Below, in pieces: positions 37,290-60,400 of a stretch of DNA of 64,000 bases. The first letter of the stretch is position 1; each line of letters begins with the position of its first letter. The position numbers were made by a program, and so were the translations under genes. The stretch lies in the NCBI GenBank assembly GCA_964035545.1, contig OZ037767.1, forward strand, positions 20,848,628 to 20,912,627. Direction: 5' to 3'. The DNA comes from Bugula neritina (Eukaryota > Animalia > Bryozoa). Below the pieces are notes generated by a model. The model was not told the origin of the DNA. It worked only from the letters and a program-made list of their open reading frames with translations, and searched no databases.

Positions 37290-39715
37290 TAACTGATCAG
37301 ATTTTTACACAATTGAGCTGGCATGTACTCATACTTTCCAATGCAACACAAATGTGTAATGTTTTCATGCGGATTTCAACCCAAATCAAAGCTTACACAA
37401 AGAATCTATTACACATTTCACTCATGCTGCATTACAAGATTCTTATATATATATTAGCTTTTGTCTACATGCTGTGTTGAAGTTGTACGCTCAAACAATT
37501 TTGTCACATAATAATTTTTGTGTGCACATGTGCTGATATGATTTGGAAATTCTTATCGCTTGCAGATGACGTTTCTAGTTCGCTTTGGCTTTACCTAAGT
37601 TTTAAAACCTTTATTAATTATAACTAACTTTCATGGCATGCTTATTTGATCTGCTACAGCGCACAGCCCGATTACTGAACTGGCTTAAAAGTTTGAAGTT
37701 TAAATTTATCACCTATCTAATTGTTACTGCTGCTTGTTATATTATAACTTTGTAAATAATAATTTTAAGAGTAACAATATGCATTGGTTCCATATTGAAG
37801 TTGTTTTCTCTTCTAATAGTAACTAAACACTAGAGTATGTTGAAGTCGTGTTCTCTACAAACACATGTTGTGTCTTCTCAGTCATGGCCTAGCCTAGCAG
37901 TTTTGCACTGAAAGCCGTGCAAAGCTCTCTTGGGTTAGGTTCAACATGGTAATGTGTAACTTTAGCTAAACTGCGGTCAGCAAAACCTCAGGAGTTGTCA
38001 TCCCTAAAAGGTATACCATCACTTCATGTAAATGTGCAATCTCTTCTAACTATTCAGTGTAACACAGAAGTCTATGGTTATAAGTAAAACATCAACTTGC
38101 TTGTTTTCTGTGTGTTTTAATTATGCAAAACTTAATCTTTTTAATATAATTATATTATATTGATGATATTCTAATATATCATAAAATAGCAACTTTAAAA
38201 CAGAAATAGAAACGTTTTAAACGGCAACTGGGCAAGTAAGCATTTTCAAATAGCTAAAGGAATGCTTCACTGGGTTGTCTTTCATGTTGATAACATTCAA
38301 TCCAGCTTATCCACTTATCTTCCACAGAAAAATTAATGCACACAAGATTAATCAATAAAAATTAGGCTGTGAGAATTGACCACAAAACAAGCTCCAAGTT
38401 TAGTTATAAACTTATGTCGGGGTATTTACTATTGATTAGCTTTAGGTCTTTAGCTTGCAAGACATTTCCCAGTCACCCTCCTCAAACATGGCTATTTAAA
38501 AATTGTAGATCTCAACTATTTATCCATCACAACTTGCTGCACACTTGGATATGTTGTCAATTACTAGTGCTATAAATATAGTAGAGGCTGCAAAATTATC
38601 TTCACTGTAAAGAGCACAGAAGAGTATGGAAAAATTACAGGAAAACTGTAGCAGACCTGGCTCCTGTATCCAATGAGCTCTTCCGTATAAAGGAGGTATT
38701 CTGAGATAAGAAGTACCTGAAATGTCTGTATCTGCTTGTCCATACAGGTAAACAAAGGCTAACACTTACATGTGCGTGTGCGTGTGTGTGTGTGCGTTCG
38801 TGTGTGTAATATCCTATATAATATGTAATATAGTTATATATAATGCAATATACATGTAAAAGCTATAATACAATGTAAGTAATATATTACAATACAGTAG
38901 AAGATACATAATATAGTGCAAAATCTTTTGCAGCATGTAAATTATAATGAAGCTGTTGAATAATATTTAGCTAGATTCATAAGTATTGATAAAATTTGAG
39001 AGGCAATGAACTTTTGCCTTAAAATTGGTATAGAGGTAAATCTTTTGGACAAAAAAGCATTTTGGTAAACATCTATCTCTTGAGCAGCTGTAGAATATAA
39101 CAAACTTATAAATACAAATACCAACTCAGGGCTATAAAATAATAAAAAAGAAGAAAACCATATAGGCTAGATTTTTATTTTTTTTTGGGGCTAGTACAAA
39201 GTTAGTGCGCCATTACTGTGTTATCTTCTCAACACACCATATTTCATACATTTAATTTAACCAGATTCGCAACTATTTGCAGATCTTAGGTTATGCTAGT
39301 TCAACCTTTCTCTAGAACCAATTACTTGACTTAGTATTCTGCAGGTAATAGATGTTGAGTGCAGAGCTTGCATTTTGTTTAAAGTTGTTAGACTATAAAA
39401 GTATTACGACAAGTCATATATATATACAAAAAAAGTTAGGAAATTCGATTTGTAAGTAAAATTAAAGCTGTAATTATGAGGTTTGTTGAGGATTACAAAT
39501 TAACATAGAATAAGGCGAGGTGGAGTAATACATGTATACGTAAATGCTGCAAATGCTATATAATAACATAATAAGATGTGTAACATCTGATAGGGTAAGT
39601 ATCTACAGGGATATGGCAAGAGGAATAGGCGCAGATAAATATCTGTTTATCTAAGAAAACATCTCATTAGCTGACTTCACACAGCAAGTGTCTGCATGCA
39701 TGTGTCTGGGTAGAA

Positions 39716-39723
39716 TATATAAA
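39716..39723 (+). promoter_or_regulatory. Candidate TATA box of the espin-like gene
   Basis: TATATAAA about 80 bp upstream of the proposed ATG at 39800. Confidence 0.4.
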
Positions 39724-39799
39724 GCAGGTGCTCTGTTTGAGTAAGTAGTATTCTTATTGGCAGTGAAATGCTTCTGCCACACGAGGGACATTCCTTAAC

Positions 39800-48130
<8,331 letters not shown>

Positions 48131-48491
48131 CTTGATTACAGTTGCAGACATAAAGAACTTCAACTAACGCTACAGAAAATGCATGGCAACCATTATGGCC
48201 TACATATAAAGTAAATCGTCTATTAATTTTCATTAAAAACAATGGCTGAATTTACAGCTGTATATATAATTTTTATTTACATTTTTTCTTTTTTTTTCAA
48301 AAAAAGCCAAATATAGCATGGCATACATTATGAATGGAACCATATATAATTTACATTGCACAATTTAATAAACTTATTGATTTACAGTTCTATTTACAGT
48401 GATTAAAAATATATTTATACACATAATATGTAGAGTAAGTATGTTCAATACATTCTGCACCAATATATAAATATGCATAGACTCGGTTTCT

Positions 48492-51400
48492 TCAACCTTC
48501 AGCATCAGAGCTGGAGGGCGACACCTGCGTATTGTCATGTAGGATGACAAAATCTCTCGAGCTATAGCCAAATTTAATTGTGTCCTTTTCTCGCAACTCT
48601 ACATACCTTCAAAAGACAAAGAAAAAATTACTCAAATCAATTTACTACACTTATGCATTTACTACGCTGGCTACACGCTCTAATTGACTCTTACAATTGC
48701 AAAAACTTAATGATTTATATTAAACTATGTCACTGTACTAGTTTAAACATTACATCTGAATGAAATAAATATACATTTATTATGTAGCAGTAATATACAT
48801 GTATATACGTCCTATAATATACATACAAGTGACATTCATTTAGATACAATCAACATACACATATGTATCTGTAATATGCCTGTAACATACATAATGTATA
48901 GGCTTACCGTTGCGCCTCTATGGCTTTATTGTTTACGAATGTTCCATTAGCCGATCCCAAGTCTATTATATAGGGTCGGGTATGCCTACCCTTTGTACCA
49001 TCATCTCTCTATAACAGTATAAGTCTGGGAGTAAAGACAAATACTAGACTACTCAACAGATAGTACTTACAGTATACTCAACAGATAGTACTTACAGTAT
49101 ACTCAACATATAGTACTTACAGTATACTCAACAGATAGTACTTACAGTATACTCAACAGATAGTACTTACAGTATACTCAACAGATAGTACTTACAGTAT
49201 ACTCAACAGATAATACTTACAGTATACTCAACATATAATACTTACAGTATACTCAACAGATAGTACTTACAGTATACTCAACAGATAGTACTTACAGTAT
49301 ACTCAACAGATAGTACTTACAGTATACTCAACAGATAGTACTTACAGTATACTCAACAGATAGTACTTACAGTATACTCAACAGATAATACTTACAGTAT
49401 ACTCAACAGATAGTACTTACAGTATACTCAACAGATAGTACTTACAGTATACTCAACATATAGTACTTACAGTATACTCAACAGATCTGAACTGTAGAAC
49501 TGCGTGCTGTTTTGAACAAGATGGATGGTCTATAGGAATGTCTGCAACTTTCCTGTCTCTGCCCAGAAGGTATCCGCTCTGTCGGTGTACGTGTAGAACT
49601 GGTAGGCCAGTATCTCCTTTCAGTCACAAAGCAAAACAAGTTCAATTCAATCAGTTGGTGAGGTAACAAGTAGTAGGACCAAGAAATACAAAAATATAGC
49701 AGAATGCTAAAAGGGACAGATAAAAAGTAAAAGCTAAACATATACTGCATACGGATTGTCAGAGCTGAGTTAACAGCTTTGATAAACATCGACTATTATA
49801 AAGTTGCATAAATGACAAAATAAAGACATTGAGCAGATTTTTAAGAATCAATGAAATAGAGCCCTAAACATTGTAACAGAATAGTTTACCTTTGAAAGGA
49901 TACAGCCTCCATTTCAACTTGGGTTTACGCGCCTCAGGAGGTTCGTTGTACTTCACCACAATTCCTCGGAATGTGTTGGTGTCGTCTGCTAACTTACCAG
50001 AAAGACCATAATCTGGTTTGGCTTTGTCTTCTTCTACTTCTGGCTCCTTCTTCACCTCTACAAGCATGAACAACTAATATTCTGAACATAGGAGAATGTT
50101 GAATAAAATCGTAAAAGCAAATGAATAAATTTTATTATTATAATTGATTCACATGCAGAAGAGAGAAAGAAAATGACACCAGAAGCGTACATGAGGTGAG
50201 AGTTGAAGGAAAATTGAGCTAGGCCTCCGGCAGCCACCCACTACTTGAACAGAACAGAGTGGATATAGGTGAGGATTGATTTATAACCTATGCATGTACG
50301 CATGTACGCATGTACGCATGTACGCATGTACGCATGTACGCATGTATATAAATTTTTATTATAATTCATTCAAAGTGTATGTAGGTATGTATATATAAAT
50401 TATGTTGGACAATCTTTTTGCTTATTATCAGACTAAAATACAAAAATGATACCGGAAAAACGGCAACTAAATTGAAGGCTTCAATGGAAGGAAACTTAAC
50501 ATATTACTGTGCATATACATTATGATGCATGTTTAATTTACTGGACTGGATGGAAACAGACCTGGTTTCCCATACTCAAACCCCGACACATCCTCCTCAG
50601 CGCCACGTCTTTTCCGATTATCTACTCTTCTTTTTTCATTTCTTTCTCTGTCATGCTTGTATCTACCAAAAGCCAAGTTATAATTACACATAAATATACT
50701 GACTACAAAACTTCCGCAAATACGTCAAATAGAAGGGAGCAGCAGTCACTGGTATTACCGGTCAACATCTCGATCGTGTCTGTGACTCCTGTGGTGGGAT
50801 TGATGACTCCGGTTGTGACGATGGCTGCCACTGTGTCGGTCAGAAGGTGACCTCTCCTTATCCATTTCTCGTACTGGGCTGACTTTTTCCGTTTTTATGT
50901 GTTTAACTTTTGTGTTCCTCGAATTATATTTTTCCTAAATGAGACATAACCATTGGAGTTAGAATTGTGGTGTTGTTGAAACATATAATATTAGTTAACA
51001 AAAACTTTGATTAATATTATAGAGAAAAACTAGAAAATTATGATTCATTTCAATTACAGAAATGTATAAAAACAACATATTTCATTAACATTTCAAACCA
51101 ATGAATGAATGCATATCAGTAATACCACTTGAATTTTTTTTTCATAAACCCTAGACGTTGAAGTCAACCCTTACCCTAAAAGTCAACCTTTACCTTAAAT
51201 TGTTTTTAAATTACAATAATTGCAAAAATATTTAAATAGTATTATTAATTAATCAAGCTAAAAAGTCATTTGAACAATAAAATTACTGTTACAAACAAGT
51301 AGAGAGAAATAAACAAGGTTTTCTGCAAATAAAAGTGCTATTTGTGATTGTAAATATTCTTTCAAAAGCTTGAAATTATCAATTAATTCTAAAACGACAA

Positions 51401-52758
51401 AAACAGTTAGCCTAGTAAATTCTGCAAAATCTGAAAGTAAAAACAAATAAATTTAAAAAAGATTACTCAAACATATTTATAGTCAGAAAGTTGAATTTCA
51501 AAGGCAGTATGTACATCACACTAATCCTAGTATATTTCTACTAGTAACATTCAGATTAACTTATGACTAAAATTAAAGTAAAGTATCGCCAATAGAAAAT
51601 AGCAACTTTAAAATATAATATAAAAATTAATAGCCACAGTGACTGTGAGTATTATCATCATGATTGCCGTTATGATTGACACCATTATTATCATCATCAT
51701 AATAACCAGAGTGATAGCAACAGTCACAGTGAAAGACCCATAGTGATTGCCAGCAACTTATGGCAATTGTAGATATCTTCACAAAAATTAAAACGTAAAA
51801 GATGACAATATTCATATTCAGTATGATTATCATCATGATTATCTTTCAAGTTTCAATATGATAATGAAACTAAATGCTGAATAACTCGATATTCAATTAC
51901 ACAACATAAATATCAATTTATGAGCCCACCACCAGAATGAAAATGAAATACTCATCAAGTCATAGTTAATCTTGAAAACCTAGGAATCATACTTAAACTT
52001 GAAGTTAAACCAGCGTTGACATGAATTATGAATACTAATATGAAACTTCAAATGTGAACAGATATTGTCAATCATAATATGGGTATGAGATTGAGAATGA
52101 GTGTTTTACTCGGCCTCGCAGTGTGGGTCACAGTGCATAAAATTAAATTGAAAAAACTCAAACTGCCTACCAAAGTTTTTTGAAAGTACTAATATTATTG
52201 GGAAATAAGGTAATATTATCATCACTATATTTGATTTTACAATATTGTTAACAATTTTATATTAATATTTATTGCTATCAGTATTAGTATTAGAATGAGA
52301 ATCACTGTCACTATGACTATGACATTAGAATAAGATTCAGATTGAGTATCAGTATCAGAATGAAACAAAGTTAATACTTAATACTATTAGTTATTGTTAA
52401 TAATAATATTAATAATTACACAGCAATTGCAAATAATCAGTATCAGTATGAGTATTAGTATGCATTATGATTATACTAACTCTAAGACTACTAATAGCAA
52501 CAATTACTGCTATATAAATGCCAATGGCTATGAGCAATGACTCAATGAAAGAATCCCTGAATCAGAATGATAATAATACTAATACTAATAGTAATAGTAA
52601 TACTAATAGTAATACTAATAAGTAATACTAATAGTAATAGTGATGCCTACCAAGTCCAACGGTGGAGTTCTACTTCTACTTCGAGATCTGCTTCTAGTTC
52701 TACCACGATCCCGATGTCTTCTGCTTTTGTGATGATGCTTAGTAGAAGAACTAGACAT
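48492..52758 (-). CDS. SNIP1: Smad nuclear interacting protein 1 / Pml1 (FHA domain, RES splicing complex), ~304 aa
   Basis: Exons 52651-52758, 50759-50934, 50562-50662, 49890-50057, 49471-49616, 48908-49008, 48492-48606. RS/RH-rich N-terminus; SGKLADDTN, KYNEPPEARKPKLKWRLYPFK, HRQSGYLLGRDRKVADIPIDHPSCSKQHAVLQF, PYIIDLGSANGTFVN, KFGYSSRDFVILH. Confidence 0.95.
49050..49485 (-). repeat. 25-bp minisatellite made of the SNIP1 exon-5 end plus 5' splice site, 17 copies
   Basis: Minus-strand unit TCTGTTGAGTATACT|GTAAGTACTA; CTTAC recurs every 25 bp from 49066 to 49466 on the + strand. Confidence 0.97.
50291..50346. repeat. 8-bp repeat (GCATGTAC)n
   Basis: Direct inspection. Confidence 0.9.
51625..52645. 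repeat. Low-complexity tri/hexanucleotide-periodic tract in SNIP1 intron 1
   Basis: ATC/ATT/AGTATT/ATACTA/ATAGTA runs. Confidence 0.65.
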
Positions 52759-53888
52759 ATTGTTAATTACTAAGGCTTTAAAAAATACTGTCTCGCTTGC
52801 TCGCTAAAGCAACCTAAACCAGTTATCATAAAAAATACCACAGAACTGAAGAAGGTACTATTATTCGTTTAGGGAGAACCACGAAAGTCACTTTCCGGAA
52901 ATTGCCTCGGTGTTCTTGAAATTAAAAATGGAAAGGTTTGTTATTATATCGCGCAGGCTCCCTGACCTCCCTACAGAATTATTGCGGAGCCAGGTTTTCG
53001 AAAAATTATCTACATTATAGTAACTTTAACATGCCTTATAACATAATTTAATGCTTGATGAATTAACTGCGCAGTAATCAAAATAAACTTCATTGTTTAT
53101 AATAACTCAATATAAAAACGAATTGTATGTTGTAAGTTGTAACACTTCCCACTGATGAAAAGTGAAAATATTATAATGAAAACCAGCTGTGGCAAGATCA
53201 GTTACAATAACAAAGATAATGCATTTCCAAGTGCCTATGAGTAATGAGTGCACTCTATTCTGCATTACTGGGAACATAAATATGGGATAAACTGTCAGTA
53301 CATTTGCATCTAACATTGTTGCCATTTATTATGGTTACATATTCAAACTCAAGAGACCCTGTTAGCCACTTGAGTAATACGGAACCCCTCAGTAGAAATG
53401 AATGGGGAATTAGGTAGTTGAATTCCTCAGCAGCAAATTGAAAAATGATACAATAACTTAACACCAATGTGAAACCTTATGACTCACTGCAATAGCTCTG
53501 CTCTCAATTTGTGTGGCAAGCGAAGTTGTCTGCTCTGTAACTGAGCCCATGGAATTGTGAGCAATACATTATTTCGAGCAGTATAGATTTTTAACTCATT
53601 AATTGGTCTTTAATTTGCCTTTAACTTATAAAACATGTCTTTGCAAGTTTTCTCTTTTGAATTGCAAGGTTACTAATATTTTCTTTTTAGACTTTCATAA
53701 TGAAAATTGCTTGAAGCTCACTAAATAAACCCACAACATACACTCTCATACATTTATTAACTACAATATAGACAACAAAAAGTATTTTATGGTACATAAT
53801 GTAATGCAAAACAATTTGACAGTCACAAGTTTTTGTAGTGCGCATGATATGGTTATTATAGTAGATATTTAATACTTTGCCAGCTTTC

Positions 53889-53910
53889 TAATAATAATAA
53901 TAATAATAAT

Positions 53911-53971
<61 letters not shown>

Positions 53972-53980
53972 TATATAGAT
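53889..53980. repeat. (TAA)n plus (AT)n microsatellite
   Basis: Direct inspection. Confidence 0.9.
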
Positions 53981-54409
53981 ACTAAAAACCAATATAATTA
54001 TTATGGTTTTCATGAGTAGAAATGTTATGCATGGGGTTTTAGGAAAAGACTTTTCATATAAGTGTTTAAATATAATATTTTATATATTAATATCATTCCA
54101 TATATACACGTTCATGAGTTAATAATATATTATTTTACTAGTAAAATGATTATTACATATCTGTAACTTTTTTGATTTTGAGAAAGACTTACTATGCAAT
54201 GTAATTAACATAATATAAAGATAAATATCATAAGACAAAAAAACACTGATAAATTATGATCTACTGCAACTTATATCTAGGCCAGGCTATTATGAATCTG
54301 ATTCGATGCACAGCACAGCAACACTACTTAGGAGTTGTCACATCTATATGGTAGTCTGCAGATGTTCCCTAGCAACCAACCAGCGTCTGCCACCACTTCC
54401 TGTGCGTCG

Positions 54410-57400
54410 TCAGATGGCTGGGATCTCTCTAATACTAGTAGCCTGCTCTACTTGGGGTATCCTCGAGGGCATGAATATCCTGCTGTATTTGGGTGGCTGC
54501 GCGTGTAGCAGAGGTTCGGAAGTATATTGATATGAATGAGGGTCCCTTTTAATAGAAAGTAAAATGTATCAACATTTACCATGAAGAGTATGTTAAAACA
54601 AAAGAGTCGTTAGTACAGTGAAGATGATTTAGGATGCGTACGTTATGTCAATGCCACTGATGAAGGACATTCAGTACACGTTGCTTCTGGGCCACATGAT
54701 GAGCCGATGAGCATGCTTTGAAGCCAAGTCTACTTAAAACCTACTATCAGAGTTCCCATAAGGGACATTACTATGACGAAAGCAGCAGCTAAGGACTGCC
54801 ACTTTGCAATAAGGGGAAGAACAAACTGTCCATCAAATCTATCATTAACAAGGAAAGTGATGGCTATATCTTTTGAAACATTACAACTTATTTTGAAAAA
54901 TATCTATGTGCCTATAAGCTACTACACTAATAGAGTATTAGACATAGTTCTGCTTATTACACTTTAACTGTTAGACTTTCTCCATCATTAAGTATTAACA
55001 GAGTTAGGAATCTCAGTCTACATAGTTATGGGTCTGGGTTGGTTTGAAACTTTAGGTCACATCTAATTTAAACTGTCAAACACATGATGAGAATTTCAAG
55101 ACAAGGAGCAGGGCATCTGGACAGTTATATACTACCAACGTAGATTTTACCATAGTTCTTGCTGACAGCTGACTAGATCAAGCTTGAATTTAAAAAAGAT
55201 ATCACTCTTGGCTCAGATCATATGATGCAATCCAAATGGAGTATGTTGAATAAACTCCTTGATTTCATGCAAATTGTTACAACAGTGCACCTAGATATTC
55301 GATACTTTAATGACAAAACATCTATAAAACGAGTAACCTCAAATAAACATGCCAGTCATTTAAAAAAGTGTAATGCCTGCAAACTGAGTTGAAAGGCAAC
55401 CTTGAGATCATTGCAGCAAGAATAAATTAATAGCAGCCTAAGGTATAAAAGTTTATGCATTTTTCTTGACCACACCACTGAATCTGGTTTATAACCTGTT
55501 TTGATGATTTCCAGAGAAGGGCCTGGTTGTATATTTATGTTTACCAGCACAACTCACCGGCAGTTTTATTAGAAACATAATAACAACTTATTTATGACTT
55601 TTGCAGTGCAGTAAATTGAGTGTCAGTTTTTTATTTTTGAACTTTGAAAAACTAGAAATAAAGTATGTTTGGACGGCAAGCTAAGTACAAGTGTATTAAA
55701 AACTTTGACTTGCATTAAGTATCAACGTCTTACTATAGACAAACTAATTGAGCCTTAGTATAACTTGACTAGCTTTAGAATCTAGTAGCCGAGGAAACCT
55801 GCAACAACCTTGAAAGAAGTGTATAGACACTCACCCATTGAATTCGGGGTGGTCGTAATAATAAAATGGCTGCTGAGCATAAGGAGACGCTAAATCCTCC
55901 TCATTGTAGCTGCCAGCAGCATATGCCGGGTGATCGGCAGTGGAAACCATGATAGAACTGGGATTAAGAGTGTAGGAGTTAGGAATTTCATGCCTCGGCT
56001 TGTTTACAGTAGCGTATCGAGCGTTAGAGTCATACTGTGGCCGAGTGACAGGGAGTGTAAAAGAATCGTAAAAACTTTGACCAGGTAACTGTAAAACATA
56101 AACAAACAAAAAATAAGTATGACTAAACGGTGTTAAATAATAGGATATGAGCTGTTAGCTGTATTACATCTAAGGTTATACTAATTGGGTGAAATAACTA
56201 AGAGAAACCACTTGTTTGCCGTGTTTAAGCTGATGAGACACACAATTATCTTCTGGGAAAAAGTCTATATTTTGTGAAGCTTTTGCAGTTTTGGCATTTT
56301 TCATTTTCCTATTTTAGATGTATACCTTGTGGTTTCACATGCAGCATTTGAACAATTATGTTGAAGCAGGTTACTTTCTAAAACCAATGAACTTCACAGA
56401 ACCAAATATTTGACTTATTTAATTAGTGAATGTTTTCCAACATAATAAAAAAGACTGAGGGCCATAGTCTACAGGAAATGCTGCCGTACTCAGAGGTGAC
56501 CAGCCTAGTATATTATTGTAATTTCATTGCATCCTGTTGTGCCCTAGACTCTGTGTAATAAAAACAATATACTCTAAGCTGTTTTATTTTGAAATGGAAA
56601 TAGTTAGGCTTCAGTTTACCAACAGATTAGACTTTGGTTTACTAACTACAACTTGAAGCAGTGATTTGCCAAATAAGTTGTAAGACTGCAACAATAGATT
56701 GCTTTTAAAGCAAAAATATTAGAAACTATAAAATGATGCAAAGCAACATCTCTCCTCAGTTAACACAAACAAATCTAACCCTAATATAAGCTAATATAAG
56801 CTAATTTATTGACAAATTATAGGTGCATAGAGTCATGCCGCTTTATTAGAGTAAAAAACTACCATAAGTGTAGCAGATGCGTATTGCTAACAGTACCTCT
56901 TGATACAAGTTAGACGCATCATTCTGTATGTAGGAAGGGCTGTCTACAGCATCTTTACTTGGCTCAGAATTCATGTCTGAATCTTCTTCTGCTTCTGAGT
57001 GAGAGCAGCAGACGGCTCTGCATCTAAAATTTGAAGAAAAATGTTCTATAACTTTGGTGAGCAATCACTAACTGAATTGCTCAATCAATTTCAGACTCGC
57101 TCACTGAAACGCTTCAAACCAAGACTCATAGACAATTAAAAAACTCAGTCTATTGAAATTTCTCTCCTGTTATACTTGAATGCTGACTCACTCACTCACC
57201 CACTCCCTCACTCCCTCACTCCCTCACTCACCCACTCACCCACTCACACACTCACTAATATTACAACCAACCAACCAACCACACAACTTTTTACATGCCA
57301 TTTATAGATGCCACTAAATGTGAAACGATTTACTGCCACATCTAAAATTAAATAACCCATACATCCTACCTTTTTCTTGGTTCTGATTTTTCTAGAATAT

Positions 57401-60400
57401 CTGAATCAGATCCAGGAGGAAGCTCTGGTTTTTCTTCTTTTTCACAGCAGGTACAACAGTGGATGCAGGAGCAGCAGCAACAAAAATACTGGAAAGAGAA
57501 AAGGCAGTATTGAGTATGGTAGCAGCCCACATGATAGAGAAGTAACTCTAAGTGAGCAGGGCACCAACAAATAGCAATACTTTTGAGGGAAAGGAATATT
57601 TTCCAAAAGACTCAACAGTTGAAGGAGTTATCTTCTCACTGTTATAACATGGTGTGCCTAATCTTAATAATAAGAACCAGTCGTAAATTGGTCTGCATAT
57701 CAGTATGAAAACAATTGAGACTGAGGATGTATAGTATAAAGATTGTACCTAGGTGATTATGAAGCTAATATTCCCACCTGAAAATGCACATGTAATAGTA
57801 AAAGAAATTAAAGCTAGTCTGAAAGTATATACCTTAGTAATTCAGAAGGCCTTATGATTCGTAATTCATAAATTAAAAGCATTTGAATCATAGAATACAA
57901 GAACACAACTGATGATAATTTTCTTTATTCAGCTAAGGGAAGATACATTTTATATAAAAGAGCTAAAGCATAAACAAACAATTAGAATACATATATTATC
58001 TAATTGTCTTTTCTCTTACATATGTAAATTCATCTTCTAACATAGCATTTCACAAGAAAGCAAATGTCCTTTACCTTCCCAAGTTGATGCTTGAAGCTTT
58101 TGCTGAAGATAACAACTGTGAAAGGTGTGAGAGCCGCATTGAAGTAAACCGAGACGACACCAATGAGATGGATGAGATACCAGTACAGGTCTTCTTGTTC
58201 AAAAGAGAAGTACCACCTGAGAGTGTGTGCCCATGTAGGAGCCCACAGCAAGGTGAATTGCACCATGAGAAACAAGGCTACTTTAGCCATAGTTCTTCTC
58301 TTTCTTACAGACTTCTTTAAAGTCCCCGGCATACTAGCTCGGCTATCCACAGTTCGCAATGTATTGGTCTATAAAAAGAATAATAATTGACAGAACAGAT
58401 TGAAATCACAACTATTAACTGAAACACTTTTTGATAATTTGTTAAAACTAAACAATTAACACCACATTTTATATAACAGCTAAATATTTTCTCAATGTAA
58501 TAAGTGACATGAAATGAAACAAGACTGTCAATTATAGAATTGACTTATCAGGTAAAATATCTGTTTGAATCACAGAAAATCACACGAATGCTGAAAATAT
58601 GGCATGATGTTGACGTAACGAACCAGTGGAACACGCTCCGCTGTGTACAGCAACTGACCTATTGTTTACATAATATTTTGATATAACATCAAATATTTAA
58701 AGTTGACTGGGGCCAACGCAGTCTGACTAACATGTGAACTTGTGTATAAAGACAAATTCTATAGCTCCACTGGTTCTAAAAGTATGCTTTAAGAAAAAGA
58801 GACGCCATATGCAATAACAATTATTCAACGATTGATAATATTAGAACGAAGCTAAGTATGGCTGCTGTCTAGAATAAGGTCACAAATATTAGCCTGAGGT
58901 TGCGAGTTGTCATAGAAATCTAATTTTTGACATAACCTAAGCCCTGCATCAAATACCTCAACTATAATCACATCTAATTTAATTATATATCGAACATAAA
59001 CAGAAATAAAACTTTGACAATTTTAATAAGCAATGTCTGGTTTAAAGAGACTTCAACTTCAATTAGAATCATACTTGAAGCATAATCACTTAAATGAATA
59101 CATAAAATAAAATGAGTGCGGAATGAAAAATTACTTGGATCATATAACCAAATATATCTCCTAAATTGAAACGAATTAAAGAGCTATATTGACTGTAGTA
59201 CATTACATGTTGACATTAGGATTAAACTAAATAAATAAATCAGTTTACTAAAAAGCTAAATGTGAACATGAGCATTCACTTATGATTGCAGATGGCTAAA
59301 AAGATGGTGAAAAAAAGAATGACGATTTTACTTTTCTTTCTAAGAAAGAGAGAAGATATCTACCTTCATTAATGAGTTACAGTTAAAATATTCTATACAT
59401 TTTATATGTGGATACTGTGTTAAGTTGGTTTTGGTTCATCAAAGCAAATATTATTATTTGTGTTCCAAGTGTTAAAGGATTGCTCTATCTTGTCTAATAA
59501 ATGGCCATTTAGGTCAAACACACATAATATTGTGTTTTTCTAAGCATGCATTGACAAAAAGCATTTGACCAAAGGTAGAAAAAGTTAGTTGAAGTTGAGG
59601 GTGTAGATTGGTAACAGCCAAAACGCCGATTTTGAAATGAGCTGGGAAATGTGACGTAACAGCGCCAGCATTCCTGCTGGTCACGTGACTATACAAATGA
59701 ATAACTATAGAAATATGACTGTGAGATGTAATCTTTCAGCTCGTAATTTGTATATTTATAGAAGTGCAAATGTGAATTATCTCAATCTATAGTTTTTTGA
59801 CATTTTAAATAACATGTATGTGATAACATTAGGCCATATTTTGCTTGTAAACATTAGAAAAAAGCCTTGCAAAAACATGCATTCTTTAGGATGAATGCCT
59901 GCGATCGATCTAAACTATGTCAGATTGTGCAATATTACGGGCACACCAAAGCTGACCTATATAGCGCACTGTAACTGCTTGAGCGTTATTGGTTGATGTT
60001 GTGCCCAGCAACCTTGAATACTAGCGTTATAGTTCGCACGTGCAGCATAGTTACTGGCGTTCACACGTCACGTATTAGGCTATTCTTTTTCATGGCTGAA
60101 AATTTTACCTCCCTCAAAATTGGAGTTTTGAAAAGCTGTTTTCTAGGCACATATTCCTTTGCAAAGCCAAAATTGTTTGCATACACATTAGATTATAGTT
60201 CATAATTATAATGTGATTGTAATAAACTAAGATTGAGCAATCCTTTAACATATGCAACACCCAGAAAATCAGATGAAGCCCAAGCATGCAATGCGTTGAG
60301 CAGCAGAAAAGGTTTGAAAGTGAGTATCAGAACCAAACATGTTTATGCCAATGTGTGGGTTGTGTGTATTTTCACAGGAAACTGCTTCTCAAACAATGAG

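Noticed and set aside
49050-49485. CRISPR-like appearance of the regular arrays (also 7205-7958 and 34389-34838)
   Set aside because: Units are contiguous with no unique spacers, there are no cas genes, and the context is eukaryotic introns.
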